32,000 nucleotides of DNA from Candidatus Nanopusillus acidilobi (GCA_001552015.1 CP010514.1:480001-512000), one strand, 5' to 3'. Shown: positions 8,496 to 18,103, numbered from the stretch's first letter. A program made the numbers and translations. The notes: generated by a model not told the origin, from the letters alone.

Positions 8496-9794
8496 ATGGA
8501 TATTATTATAGGAAGATCAATAGATGATTTAGAAAAATATGGACTAGAAGGTTCAATTTTTATAGGTAAAGAATATATAAAAATGGAAAATGCTTTATCT
8601 TTAGCAAATACGGTATATTTAGATGTAAATCTTCCACATTTAATATTAATTGCTGGAAAAAGGGGACAAGGAAAAAGTTATACATTAGCTTCAATATTTG
8701 AAAGTTTATCAGATCTTGAAGAAGATTTATTAAAAAATTTCTCAGGATTAATATTTGATACAGCAGGAATATTTTGGACAATGAAATTTCCAAATTATAG
8801 AGATGCTGAATTATTAGAAAAATGGGGTTTAAAACCAAAATCAATAAAAAATTGTAGAATATTGGTTCCTAAAGGTTTATTAGATGAATATAGAAAAATA
8901 AATGTTCCTATAGATGATACTTTTCAATTAGATCCATCAGATCTTTCAGGAATTGAATGGGTTTTAACATTTAATTTAGATCCGGCATCAAATATTGCAT
9001 TATATATACAAAAAATTATAAAAAGAATGAAGGAAAATAATAATGGATATTCTATACAAGATATAATAAGTTATACAGAAAAAATGGATATAGATAGTAA
9101 TATTAAAAATGCTATAACTACATATTTTGAAAATGCAGATAGCTGGGGATTATTTTCTGAAAAAGCTGAAAGCATAAGAAATTTAACAAAACCTGGTTAT
9201 ATAAATATATTAGACATATCATTATATACTACAATAACTGGAGGATGGTCAGTAAAAAATCTAGTAATTGGATTAGTATCTAAAAAAATATTTTATCAAA
9301 GATTAATATATAGGAAAGTAGAAGAATTGGAAGAGATATATATTTCAAAAGAATTAGGTACAAGAGAATTTCCATTGATATGGATTGCAATTGATGAAGC
9401 TCACGAAGCAATTCCAAATGATTCAATTACACCAGCAACAGAACCATTAATACAGATAATAAGAGAAGGAAGACAGCCAGGTATAACATTAGTATTAGCA
9501 ACGCAACAACCTGGTAAAATGCATACAGATGTAATTACACAAAGTGATATAGTCATATCACATAGAGTAACTGCAGAAGAAGATTTAAAATCTTTAAATG
9601 AAATAATGAAAAACTTTACTGCGCAAGATATTGATATATATATGAATGAAAATATACCAAAGAAAAAAGGCGCTGCTTTAATTTTAGATGATAAATCTGA
9701 AAAAATATATCCAGTTCAAATAAAACCGAGGGTTTCCTGGCATGGAGGTTCAGATCCTACTTTAATTAGAAAAAGATTATGGCTAGAGGGATAG
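8496..9794 (+). CDS. HerA/FtsK-superfamily (DUF87-like) ATPase
   Basis: Walker A AGKRGQGKSYT, FDTAGIFWTMKFPN, Walker B WIAIDEAHEA, ATQQPGKMHTDVITQSDIVISHR. Confidence 0.88.
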   Translation: MDIIIGRSIDDLEKYGLEGSIFIGKEYIKMENALSLANTVYLDVNLPHLILIAGKRGQGKSYTLASIFESLSDLEEDLLKNFSGLIFDTAGIFWTMKFPNYRDAELLEKWGLKPKSIKNCRILVPKGLLDEYRKINVPIDDTFQLDPSDLSGIEWVLTFNLDPASNIALYIQKIIKRMKENNNGYSIQDIISYTEKMDIDSNIKNAITTYFENADSWGLFSEKAESIRNLTKPGYINILDISLYTTITGGWSVKNLVIGLVSKKIFYQRLIYRKVEELEEIYISKELGTREFPLIWIAIDEAHEAIPNDSITPATEPLIQIIREGRQPGITLVLATQQPGKMHTDVITQSDIVISHRVTAEEDLKSLNEIMKNFTAQDIDIYMNENIPKKKGAALILDDKSEKIYPVQIKPRVSWHGGSDPTLIRKRLWLEG

Positions 9795-12019
9795 TAAAGG
9801 AAATAGAAGGAGTAATTGCAATAGTAATTTTTATTTCATTTTTAACATTTTATTTAACAATGTATAAAGAATATATGATAAATAACATTAACAATTATAA
9901 TCAAATAAATTATTATAATAATTATATAAACAATATACTGAATTCAATTGAAAGTGAATATTATTTATTATCATTAAATGTTTCAATACCATTGTCTATG
10001 TATTATCAATGTTTATCAAATTCTTCAATATATAAGAATTTAATTTTTGAAAATGCATATAATGATTTTTGTACATCTTTTCCAATCTATTATCCATTAA
10101 ATATATCCTTTTTAACAAATTATTCTGGAGTATTAAATAATACAAATAATACATATTTAGATCCAAATGTTGGAATATTCTTTTATGCAAATTTTACAAG
10201 TTTTAATATAAACAATAATCAACCACAATATGTTTTAATAAATGTTTCAAATCCTTCAAAACAAAATTTAACTAATTATCCTGTATTTATAACTTCTACT
10301 GATATTTTTTATTGGCTGCAAAATGGTTCTAATCTATCCGTAGAAGATTTGAATGGAAATAATTATTCTTTTTGTTATTTAAATAATAATCTAAATTGTA
10401 ATAGTTTTAATAATAATGCCTATGGAATTTGGGTTGATTTAAATATATCTCCATATGGTTATGTAATATTAAATATTTCTCCAATAAATGGAACAAATAA
10501 CTATTCAGTTGATGGAAAAGAAATATTTCCAGTATATGATATATTTAATTATACAAATTATCAACAATTTAGTCAATATTGGACAAATAATACTCCTATA
10601 AATATTATATATATGAATCCGGGAGACAATATTTATTCTTGTTCTCAATATTCAAGTATATTAAACTCATGCATCCAATATAATAACTTCAAAATTACTT
10701 ATAATACCGTTATTCCTAAAGGTAATTATTTAATATTATTTAATATTCAAAATGAGAGTTATTCTTATAATGCATATATACAATTAGGAGATAAATGTAA
10801 TATAAATCTACCATCTTCTGGAGACCAAAATTCTTTATATGTTTATTATTGTTATAATAATGACAATAATGATAATTTACAAATATCTGGTCAAAATATT
10901 ACTACATATTATATAAATTTAATTCCATATAATGTAATACCAAATATAAAAATACTTTATCAACCAAATTTAACCAATAATTATAAATTTATTATAGGTC
11001 CAAATTTAACTTATGATTTTTCTCAATATAATGATCTAGGATTGTCTAATTCTAATAATAACTTTGCAATATATAATAATAATTTAGCATATTTTTCTTA
11101 TATAACACAAATTATAACTAAAATTATAATAAATACAAGTGGTACTTATTTTTATTCTAATTCTATTTCATATTATTCTATTCCAGAAACATATTCTACA
11201 GACTGTTTTTCATATATCAAAATTGGATTTTCGTTTTATACTTCCGAATATGAGCCTTATAATTTAACTCCCTATGTTTATAATGATTCACTAGCTTTAT
11301 TATATCTATATAATTCCACAAATCTATCAATAAAAGACATAATATTTTCTAATACTTATTGGTATATATTTAATACAGAAAAATATTATAATTCAAATAA
11401 TATGATGTTTTGGAATACTTCACAATCTAGTTATGGTTTTATTTTAGACTCAACGAATATTTATAATAAAATATTCAATCTAAACAATTTATATAACGGA
11501 TATTTATATTATGAATATGAGAATGGTATAATACTAAGAAGATATATACAAACTACTTGCCCATACCTATATTCTATATTATATACAAATTATAATCCAA
11601 CAATATATATTTCAAATATTTCCTCATATGATAATTATAACAATCTTTATTTCTTAAATGCAACATTAAATAATAATTATAATTATCAAAATTATTACTT
11701 CTATTTATATTCAAATCCAAATTTAGATAAACAAACTGCATTATATTTAGCATTTTCTACTCAAATTCCATATATTGAAATAAACTATATTAAACCAATA
11801 AATGTAATAAATTTAAATAATTTAGTTAATTTATCAGAAAATTATCAAAATGTATATTTTTACTTTAATAATTTAAATATAACAATATTTAATGGGACAA
11901 TATCTCAAGGGAATATTGTAAATAATTATACATATTCAGAAAACTTCAATATATATGTATTGAATAATACAATGGTAAATACATTATATAAAGATCAATT
12001 AACAATATATATAAAATGA
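9779..12019 (+). CDS. Large Asn/Tyr/Ile/Ser-rich membrane-anchored extracellular protein, unknown function
   Basis: 746 aa; N-terminus MARGIVKEIEGVIAIVIFISFLTFYLTMYKEY (single hydrophobic segment), then a long ectodomain poor in Lys/Glu. Overlaps the ATPase stop by 16 nt. Confidence 0.7.
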   Translation: MARGIVKEIEGVIAIVIFISFLTFYLTMYKEYMINNINNYNQINYYNNYINNILNSIESEYYLLSLNVSIPLSMYYQCLSNSSIYKNLIFENAYNDFCTSFPIYYPLNISFLTNYSGVLNNTNNTYLDPNVGIFFYANFTSFNINNNQPQYVLINVSNPSKQNLTNYPVFITSTDIFYWLQNGSNLSVEDLNGNNYSFCYLNNNLNCNSFNNNAYGIWVDLNISPYGYVILNISPINGTNNYSVDGKEIFPVYDIFNYTNYQQFSQYWTNNTPINIIYMNPGDNIYSCSQYSSILNSCIQYNNFKITYNTVIPKGNYLILFNIQNESYSYNAYIQLGDKCNINLPSSGDQNSLYVYYCYNNDNNDNLQISGQNITTYYINLIPYNVIPNIKILYQPNLTNNYKFIIGPNLTYDFSQYNDLGLSNSNNNFAIYNNNLAYFSYITQIITKIIINTSGTYFYSNSISYYSIPETYSTDCFSYIKIGFSFYTSEYEPYNLTPYVYNDSLALLYLYNSTNLSIKDIIFSNTYWYIFNTEKYYNSNNMMFWNTSQSSYGFILDSTNIYNKIFNLNNLYNGYLYYEYENGIILRRYIQTTCPYLYSILYTNYNPTIYISNISSYDNYNNLYFLNATLNNNYNYQNYYFYLYSNPNLDKQTALYLAFSTQIPYIEINYIKPINVINLNNLVNLSENYQNVYFYFNNLNITIFNGTISQGNIVNNYTYSENFNIYVLNNTMVNTLYKDQLTIYIK

Positions 12020-12336
12020 GAAGCTGGATAATATTGGTAGAATTAGCATTTTCAATAATATTATTAACATTCTTTTTCTTATATACTTATTATAGTAAAT
12101 CTAGCAATTATAATATTTATTCTTTTGACCCAAATAATTTAATTTACCTAAATTCTTCATGTAACAATAATTTATATATATATGAAATAATAAATCTAAC
12201 AAATAATAATATCACAATATGTTATTTTGGAAAACAAGTAAATTCAACATATATACAAAATCATGAACCAATATTTGAATATTTATATGCAGGCCAAAAT
12301 TATTTTAATCCATATATATTAATTATATTTGGATGA
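12016..12336 (+). CDS. Small single-TM, pseudopilin-like secreted protein
   Basis: MRSWIILVELAFSIILLTFFFLYTYY then an Asn/Tyr-rich ectodomain; 4-nt ATGA overlap with the upstream gene. Confidence 0.6.
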   Translation: MRSWIILVELAFSIILLTFFFLYTYYSKSSNYNIYSFDPNNLIYLNSSCNNNLYIYEIINLTNNNITICYFGKQVNSTYIQNHEPIFEYLYAGQNYFNPYILIIFG

Positions 12337-12773
12337 GATCTCAATATATATTATTAGCAACAATTGCAATTATCATTATTTTATCTTTTATTACATATTA
12401 CAATATTTCTCCAATAAAGAATATTAATCCAAATTTAATAGGAGAAAATTTTGAAGATCAAATAACATATATATATCAAAATTTTGGATATAATTATATA
12501 TCTAATTATACATTATATTTTGAAAATTATACAGAAGATATTAATTACAATTTTTCTTTTATTTGTATATCTTCATATAATTTATCAATTCAAGCATGTA
12601 ATGGAAATAATATAAATTGTTGTTATTATTTTAATGGATCTTTTTTTGTAAATCAAAATATATTAAAATATTGCAATGAAAACTTTATTTTATATAATCC
12701 ACCAAATTGGATTTGTTTTTGTTATAATGTAAATAATTCTAATAGTTATTATATTAATTTCTTTTGTGTCTAA
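12333..12773 (+). CDS. Small single-TM, pseudopilin-like secreted protein
   Basis: MRSQYILLATIAIIIILSFITYY then a Cys-containing, Asn/Tyr-rich ectodomain; 4-nt overlap with the upstream gene. Confidence 0.6.
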   Translation: MRSQYILLATIAIIIILSFITYYNISPIKNINPNLIGENFEDQITYIYQNFGYNYISNYTLYFENYTEDINYNFSFICISSYNLSIQACNGNNINCCYYFNGSFFVNQNILKYCNENFILYNPPNWICFCYNVNNSNSYYINFFCV

Positions 12774-13240
12774 CATAAGCTAATATATAAACCTGATTGA
12801 TTTTTATTTAATAATAAACATAAATTATTTGTAATTGTAAGATTAGAACTATTTATTATATTAAATGGGACTGTATTAATAGTAAAATTATATTCATAAT
12901 CATATGCAGATAATTGAGTTATATTTAAATTTATATATGGTGGAACTTGTAAAGAATAATTTATAGTAGAATAATATATACACATTATTTCTCCCGGATA
13001 AATATATATGATTGTTTTTGATGGTAAATTATTATAAGCTTTATAATTACATGAATAACAAGATCCAATTGTCTCTATTTGATAATTTAAATTTGTTAAT
13101 AAATTTACAATATATTTTAAGTTTAATTCATCCTGTTGATTTTGAACTGTTAAATGAACAAAATATATAACAAAAGATAATATAGAAAGAGCAAACGCAG
13201 TATATATTAAAAATTCAATCCATAAACTTATACCCTTCAT
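12770..13240 (-). CDS. Small single-TM, pseudopilin-like secreted protein
   Basis: MKGISLWIEFLIYTAFALSILSFVIYFVHLTVQNQQDELNLKYIVNLLTNL... then an Asn/Tyr-rich ectodomain; ATGA-coupled to rps19e and convergent with the 12333-12773 gene. Confidence 0.6.
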   Translation of the reverse strand: MKGISLWIEFLIYTAFALSILSFVIYFVHLTVQNQQDELNLKYIVNLLTNLNYQIETIGSCYSCNYKAYNNLPSKTIIYIYPGEIMCIYYSTINYSLQVPPYINLNITQLSAYDYEYNFTINTVPFNIINSSNLTITNNLCLLLNKNQSGLYISLC

Positions 13241-13755
13241 GAAACAGATTTAATATAATCAATTAAATTCTTATTTTCATTATTTAATTCTTTATATATT
13301 TCATTAGCTAATTTATCTAATAAACTTCTTCCATTATTTGTTACAACTCTTCCTTTTTTCTTTCCTTCATTTACTTTCATAACCAATCCAGCATTTTCCA
13401 ATTGATGCAATATTTCCCTTATTAATTTTCCATATCCTCTTACAACTTTTCCAGGTTCCATTCCCCTTTTTCTTAATCCAGAATATTTTCTTCTTAATCT
13501 AGAAATACCAATTGGCCCATATAAATATACTTTCCTTAAAATAGATGCTGCCCTATAATACCACCATCCAGGTCCTCCATTATAATCTAAATCCGCTGGA
13601 AAGTCTGGATTTCTTTCTTTATCTGGTCCTGTTTTAATAAAAAATGCCCAACTTGGTGGTTTTATTATATCTTTATAATTTTCGAATAAATATTTAGCTA
13701 ATCTTTCTACAAGTATTTGACCATTTACATCTCTTACAGATACCATAATATGCAA
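13237..13755 (-). CDS. rps19e: 30S ribosomal protein S19e
   Basis: WAFFIKTGPDKERNP...WWYYRAASILRKVYLYGPIGISRLRRKYSG...GKLIREILHQLENAGLV. Confidence 0.95.
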   Translation of the reverse strand: MHIMVSVRDVNGQILVERLAKYLFENYKDIIKPPSWAFFIKTGPDKERNPDFPADLDYNGGPGWWYYRAASILRKVYLYGPIGISRLRRKYSGLRKRGMEPGKVVRGYGKLIREILHQLENAGLVMKVNEGKKKGRVVTNNGRSLLDKLANEIYKELNNENKNLIDYIKSVS

Positions 13756-13789
13756 TATTTATAAAACATTTTTAAAATATATGTAAATT

Positions 13790-14008
13790 ATGAGTCATAC
13801 TAAATTATTGGGTCCTGTTGCAAGATTCGGTTCTAGATATGGAAAAGGTATAAGGGAAAATTTAGTTGAGATTGAAAAGAAATATAGAAATAAAAAATTA
13901 AAATGTCCATTCTGCAATAGTGTATCAGTAAAAAGATTATCTTATGGAATATGGTATTGCACACATTGTGGCAAAAAATTTGCTGGAAAAGCTTATAGTA
14001 TACAATGA
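13790..14008 (+). CDS. rpl37ae: 50S ribosomal protein L37Ae
   Basis: ARFGSRYGKGIRENLVEIEKKYRNKKLKCPFCNSVSVKRLSYGIWYCTHCGKKFAGKAY. Confidence 0.95.
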   Translation: MSHTKLLGPVARFGSRYGKGIRENLVEIEKKYRNKKLKCPFCNSVSVKRLSYGIWYCTHCGKKFAGKAYSIQ

Positions 14009-14145
14009 CCCAATATATTTGCATAAATTGTAAAAGAATAATAGATGGAGAAACTGCATTAAAAAAGGTTAAATGTATATATTGTGGATCAAAGATATTA
14101 GTAAAACTAAGACCAAATACAATTAAAAAAATAAAAGCTGTATGA
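14005..14145 (+). CDS. rpoP: DNA-directed RNA polymerase subunit P (Rpb12-like)
   Basis: Manual translation MTQYICINCKRIIDGETALKKVKCIYCGSKILVKLRPNTIKKIKAV*. Too short for the ORF track. ATGA overlap with rpl37ae and ATGA overlap with the next gene. Confidence 0.9.
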   Translation: MTQYICINCKRIIDGETALKKVKCIYCGSKILVKLRPNTIKKIKAV

Positions 14146-14342
14146 AAATAGTTATTAGTATTGAAGATAAAGATTTAATAGATATATTAAAATTTTTAGA
14201 ATCTCAAGAAGGAATAAAAATTGAGAATAATAGTATAATAATTAATAAAAAAGATATATCAAAGGCAAGAGCTCAGATAAACTTAATATTTAGATTATTA
14301 AATATATATGATAATCTTAACAGATTCTTGTCCAGTTTGTAA
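14142..14342 (+). CDS. KEOPS subunit Pcc1-like small protein
   Basis: 66 aa with KARAQINLIFRLLNIYDNL; follows rpl37ae-rpoP, a common archaeal neighbourhood for Pcc1. Sequence similarity is weak. Confidence 0.55.
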   Translation: MKIVISIEDKDLIDILKFLESQEGIKIENNSIIINKKDISKARAQINLIFRLLNIYDNLNRFLSSL

Positions 14343-14796
14343 TTCAAAGGATATTGAAGTAAAAACAATTGAATATGATTTTCCAGAAATAGGTAAGTCA
14401 TTACTTTATGTATTTAAATGTAATTCTTGCGGTTATAAAACATATGAAATAATACCATTAGAAGATAGAGGCTATGTAAAAATAGAATATAAGATAGATA
14501 ATATAGAAAAAACAAGAAAGTTATTTTTAAAATCTCCTTATGCAAAAATAATATTAAAAGAAATTGAAATAGAGATAAATCCAGGTATTGAATCAAAATT
14601 TGAAATTAGAGCAATAGATGATTTTTTAATGAATGTAAAAAATAATTTAGAAAGCTTTAGGATACTATATTCTGATGATAAAGAAAAATATGACAAAATA
14701 GTAGAAAAAATAAATTATATAGAAGATGTATTGAATAATAAAAGGGAATTAACTATAATAATAGAAGATGAAAAGGGATTATCAAAAATATATTAA
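14308..14796 (+). CDS. ZPR1-type zinc-finger domain protein
   Basis: CPVCNSKDIEVKTIEYDFPEIGKSLLYVFKCNSCGYKTYEII...GYVKIEYKIDN...RKLFLKSPYAKIILKEIEIEINPG. Confidence 0.82.
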   Translation: MIILTDSCPVCNSKDIEVKTIEYDFPEIGKSLLYVFKCNSCGYKTYEIIPLEDRGYVKIEYKIDNIEKTRKLFLKSPYAKIILKEIEIEINPGIESKFEIRAIDDFLMNVKNNLESFRILYSDDKEKYDKIVEKINYIEDVLNNKRELTIIIEDEKGLSKIY

Positions 14797-15185
14797 GATT
14801 CTTGACTTTCCTGTTTTACTTCCTCAACTACAGGCATTTGTTGCCCTCTCCAAATTCTTACATATGGTGGTGTAGCAATAATCCAATCCTTATTTACAGC
14901 AGCTATATCACCACCAATAGCATCTACAACAGACTTTATTCTAGATACAACTCTCTTTACTTCTACAAGATCCTTATCCGCATTTAATCCAGATATATCA
15001 ACAAATACTATATAATTTCTTTCCCTTAATGAATCCACAACTGCCTTAACTTCTGATGGATCTTTTATTCTAAATACTCTAACATAAATTTTTACCTCCT
15101 CAGCCTTCTGAGTAGGTATTACTTCTACATACTGATCAGAAGTTTCTTTCTTCTTTGACTTAAATATGTCTCCTAAAGATACCAT
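14793..15185 (-). CDS. sepF: SepF-like cell division protein
   Basis: Core VKIYVRVFRIKDPSEVKAVVDSLRERNYIVFVDISGLNADKDLVEVKRVVSRIKSVVDAIGGDIAAVNKDWIIATPPYVRI. Confidence 0.85.
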   Translation of the reverse strand: MVSLGDIFKSKKKETSDQYVEVIPTQKAEEVKIYVRVFRIKDPSEVKAVVDSLRERNYIVFVDISGLNADKDLVEVKRVVSRIKSVVDAIGGDIAAVNKDWIIATPPYVRIWRGQQMPVVEEVKQESQES

Positions 15186-15254
15186 ATAAATATATATTTC
15201 TCTACCATTTTTATGCCTTTGGTTAATATTTTTGATTATCTTTTATGATATTAT

Positions 15255-15611
15255 TTACTTAGATTGTAAATTGGATTTCTTTAGTAAATCGTTTAATTCC
15301 TGCGTTAGAGAATTTAACTTTTCCTTATATATCTCAGACTGCTTTTTTAATTTTTCTGCTTCAACATTTAATATTTCTTTATCCTCATTTAGCTTATCTA
15401 TCAATTCTTTCTTATCTTTTTCTATTAATACATTACCTATCATGAAATAAACTTTCTTTCCATCTGGTAAGTTTGATAATTCCTTTAATGCATTCTCTGT
15501 TTCAGCTAGATCTTGTAAAACTTTTTGTCTTTTATTTTCTATTAATAAATATGCTTGTCTTAAATTTTCAAACTCTTCATACTTTGATGCTATTTCTTCT
15601 TCACTAACCAT
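15255..15611 (-). CDS. pfdB: Prefoldin subunit beta
   Basis: YLLIENKRQKVLQDLAETENALKELSNLPDGKKVYFMIGNVLIEKDKKELIDKL. Confidence 0.88.
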   Translation of the reverse strand: MVSEEEIASKYEEFENLRQAYLLIENKRQKVLQDLAETENALKELSNLPDGKKVYFMIGNVLIEKDKKELIDKLNEDKEILNVEAEKLKKQSEIYKEKLNSLTQELNDLLKKSNLQSK

Positions 15612-15640
15612 CTTTATATATTATAAAATTCATTTAAAAA

Positions 15641-17353
15641 TTATTTATGCATATATATTAAGTAATCCTTTTCCCTCTTAAAGAAACCATATCTTATTCC
15701 ATGAATTACTTCCCCATCTTTTGTTAATTCTAATACATATTTTTCTGCAATTGCATCTATCATACCATCTTTTTCCCATATTTTTATATTAATTTTATAT
15801 TCTTCAGGTACCCATTGGACAATTTTTGCATTCAATTTTCTTGCATCTTCTATACCATCTGATAAATATTTAGCAATAATATAATCTTCCTTTTTATCTA
15901 TTATTTCAATATTAAATCCTTCAAATAATCTTAAATATTTATTATTTATATCATTTCTATCTATATAAATTATATTAGATTTTATTATAAATTCTCTATA
16001 TCCTAGATCTACTTCTGGATGATTTTTAACTTTTATTATTTTATTTGATGATAAATCATTTATTATAACTTTTATTGGATTTCTTATTATAAAAAATCTC
16101 TTAGCCTTTTTATCATATATTTCTCTATTATATGTATATATTTTATCCCAATTTATAATTACATCTACAGGATTTGGACCTATTTCTATTATATATTTTC
16201 TTATTGCCTCTCTATCAATTCCTCTTCTTTTTAATCCTTTTAATGTTGGTAAAAATGGATCATCCCATCCAGATATTTTTCCTTCTTTTATTAATTTCCT
16301 TATTTCAGATTTATGTAATGGTAAATCTTTTACTAATAGAGCCCCATAATTTATTATTGTTGGAAATTCCCAACCAAAATATTCATAAATATATTTTTGT
16401 TTATATGCATTTACTTCATGCTCTTTCATTCTCAAAACATGTGTTATTTCCATTAAATGATCATCTATTGATACAGAAAAATTATATGTTGGCCATAACC
16501 AGTATCTTTCTGCATAATTTTCTCCATATTTTTGTAATAAATATGGATGGGGATTTTTATTTGGATTAACAATCCTAAATGCAATCCAATCTCTTATAGA
16601 TGGATTTGGATGATTTAGATCAGTTTTAATCCTTATTACTGCCTTTTCTTCATCATAATATCCATTTAACATCTTTTCAAACTGTTCTAAATGCCATTCA
16701 GGTTCTTTTAATCTATATTCTGTAGGAATTCCTTCTGCTCTATATTTTGATATTATTTCTTTTGGAGAAAGATCTACATATGCAAATCCCTTTTCAATTA
16801 ATTCCTTTATATATTTATAATATATATCTAATCTTTCAGATTGTATATAAAATTCATCTACTTTATCATTTATTAACCATTCAACATCCTCCTTTATTGA
16901 TTCATATACATTTGGATCAGGTTTCTTAACCTTTGGATCTGTATCTTCAATCCTTAAAATAAATTTCCCTTTATACATTTTTGCATATTCATAATTCAAT
17001 ATAATTGCCCTTGCATGACCTATATGTAAATATCCTGAAGGATTTGGAGCAAATCTTGTCCTAACTTTACCTTCTATTGCATTCTTTAATGCTGGCAACC
17101 CTTTTCTTTCCTCTTTTTTCTTTTCTTCTAATAATTCTGGATATTCTTTTAATAATATATTATAAGCTTCTTCTCTAGATATATTAATTAAATTATTTAT
17201 TTCTTCTTTAACTTTTGGGATTATTTCTTTTATATTTTTCTTTAAATCAGGATTTTCATATACTATTTTTGATACAACAGAATTTAAATCTACATTTCCA
17301 TACTTATATTTATTATATAATACCCATTTTTTTATTAATTTATCTATATCCAT
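15641..17353 (-). CDS. gltX: Glutamyl-tRNA synthetase
   Basis: TRFAPNPSGYLHIGHARAIILNYEYAKMYKGKFILRIEDTDP; archaeal type with a C-terminal beta-barrel anticodon domain. Confidence 0.96.
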   Translation of the reverse strand: MDIDKLIKKWVLYNKYKYGNVDLNSVVSKIVYENPDLKKNIKEIIPKVKEEINNLINISREEAYNILLKEYPELLEEKKKEERKGLPALKNAIEGKVRTRFAPNPSGYLHIGHARAIILNYEYAKMYKGKFILRIEDTDPKVKKPDPNVYESIKEDVEWLINDKVDEFYIQSERLDIYYKYIKELIEKGFAYVDLSPKEIISKYRAEGIPTEYRLKEPEWHLEQFEKMLNGYYDEEKAVIRIKTDLNHPNPSIRDWIAFRIVNPNKNPHPYLLQKYGENYAERYWLWPTYNFSVSIDDHLMEITHVLRMKEHEVNAYKQKYIYEYFGWEFPTIINYGALLVKDLPLHKSEIRKLIKEGKISGWDDPFLPTLKGLKRRGIDREAIRKYIIEIGPNPVDVIINWDKIYTYNREIYDKKAKRFFIIRNPIKVIINDLSSNKIIKVKNHPEVDLGYREFIIKSNIIYIDRNDINNKYLRLFEGFNIEIIDKKEDYIIAKYLSDGIEDARKLNAKIVQWVPEEYKINIKIWEKDGMIDAIAEKYVLELTKDGEVIHGIRYGFFKREKDYLIYMHK

Positions 17354-17354
17354 C

Positions 17355-17558
17355 TTATAATACTCTTATTGCCCACTTACCCTCTTTTAAATTTAATTTC
17401 TTAGAGAATTCAGAATTATTTTGATTCACAATTACAATAAATCCAGAATAATCCTCAGATAAATCTGTAGAACCACAATATGGACATCTATCTACATCTT
17501 TATCAATTATTGCTTTACAATTTCTACATATTTTTCTTTTTGGTTTTTTATATGCCAT
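17355..17558 (-). CDS. spt4: Transcription elongation factor Spt4 (RpoE'')
   Basis: CRNCKAIIDKDVDRCPYCGSTDLSEDYSGFIVIVNQNNSEFSKKL; immediately downstream of rpoE'. Confidence 0.92.
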   Translation of the reverse strand: MAYKKPKRKICRNCKAIIDKDVDRCPYCGSTDLSEDYSGFIVIVNQNNSEFSKKLNLKEGKWAIRVL

Positions 17559-18103
17559 TATTTACCAGATTTTTTCTTTTGTTCAAGCCACTCCAATTTC
17601 CCCAATCCTGGTTGTTTCATTGTCATTGCAATCCTTGCATTTGATACACCTTTATAACTTACTGTAACTATTCTTGCTTTTACCATATCATTTACTTTCA
17701 ATACTTTTCTGCTATTTTTTCCAATTAAAGCTTCCTTTCCAGAGACTGATACTTCATCATCCATTATTTGAGAAATATGAACTAATCCATCTATAGGTCC
17801 TATATTTATAAATGCTCCAAATTCTGTTATAGATGACACAAATCCATATGTTAATTCAGAAATAATTGGTAAATATGAAATTGCAGTAAATTTTACTTTA
17901 TAATATACTCCTCCATCTTCAAAAACCATTATACCTTCAGATATTTCATCTATAGATTTTATTGTTACAATTATCCCATATTCTTTTCCACTCATTCCAA
18001 CATAATTATTTAATAATATCTTTTCTATCATTTCATTTACATTATCTGTTATTTCATTTGGCGGTACCCTTACTACATCATATATTTGAACTTCGTAAAA
18101 CAT
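17558..18103 (-). CDS. rpoE1: DNA-directed RNA polymerase subunit E' (Rpb7)
   Basis: YEVQIYDVVRVPPNEI...YGFVSSITEFGAFINIGPIDGLVHISQI (S1 domain). Confidence 0.95.
   Translation of the reverse strand: MFYEVQIYDVVRVPPNEITDNVNEMIEKILLNNYVGMSGKEYGIIVTIKSIDEISEGIMVFEDGGVYYKVKFTAISYLPIISELTYGFVSSITEFGAFINIGPIDGLVHISQIMDDEVSVSGKEALIGKNSRKVLKVNDMVKARIVTVSYKGVSNARIAMTMKQPGLGKLEWLEQKKKSGK

Noticed and set aside
12016-13240. Confident annotation as type IV pilins with class III signal peptides
   Set aside because: Only N-terminal hydrophobic segments are visible. I could not verify a prepilin peptidase cleavage site or the E5-like residue, so these are called only pseudopilin-like.
16174-16569. 131-aa plus-strand ORF inside gltX
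   Set aside because: Antisense to GluRS with confirmed catalytic motifs; hydrophobic composition is a byproduct of AT-rich Lys/Glu codons read in reverse.
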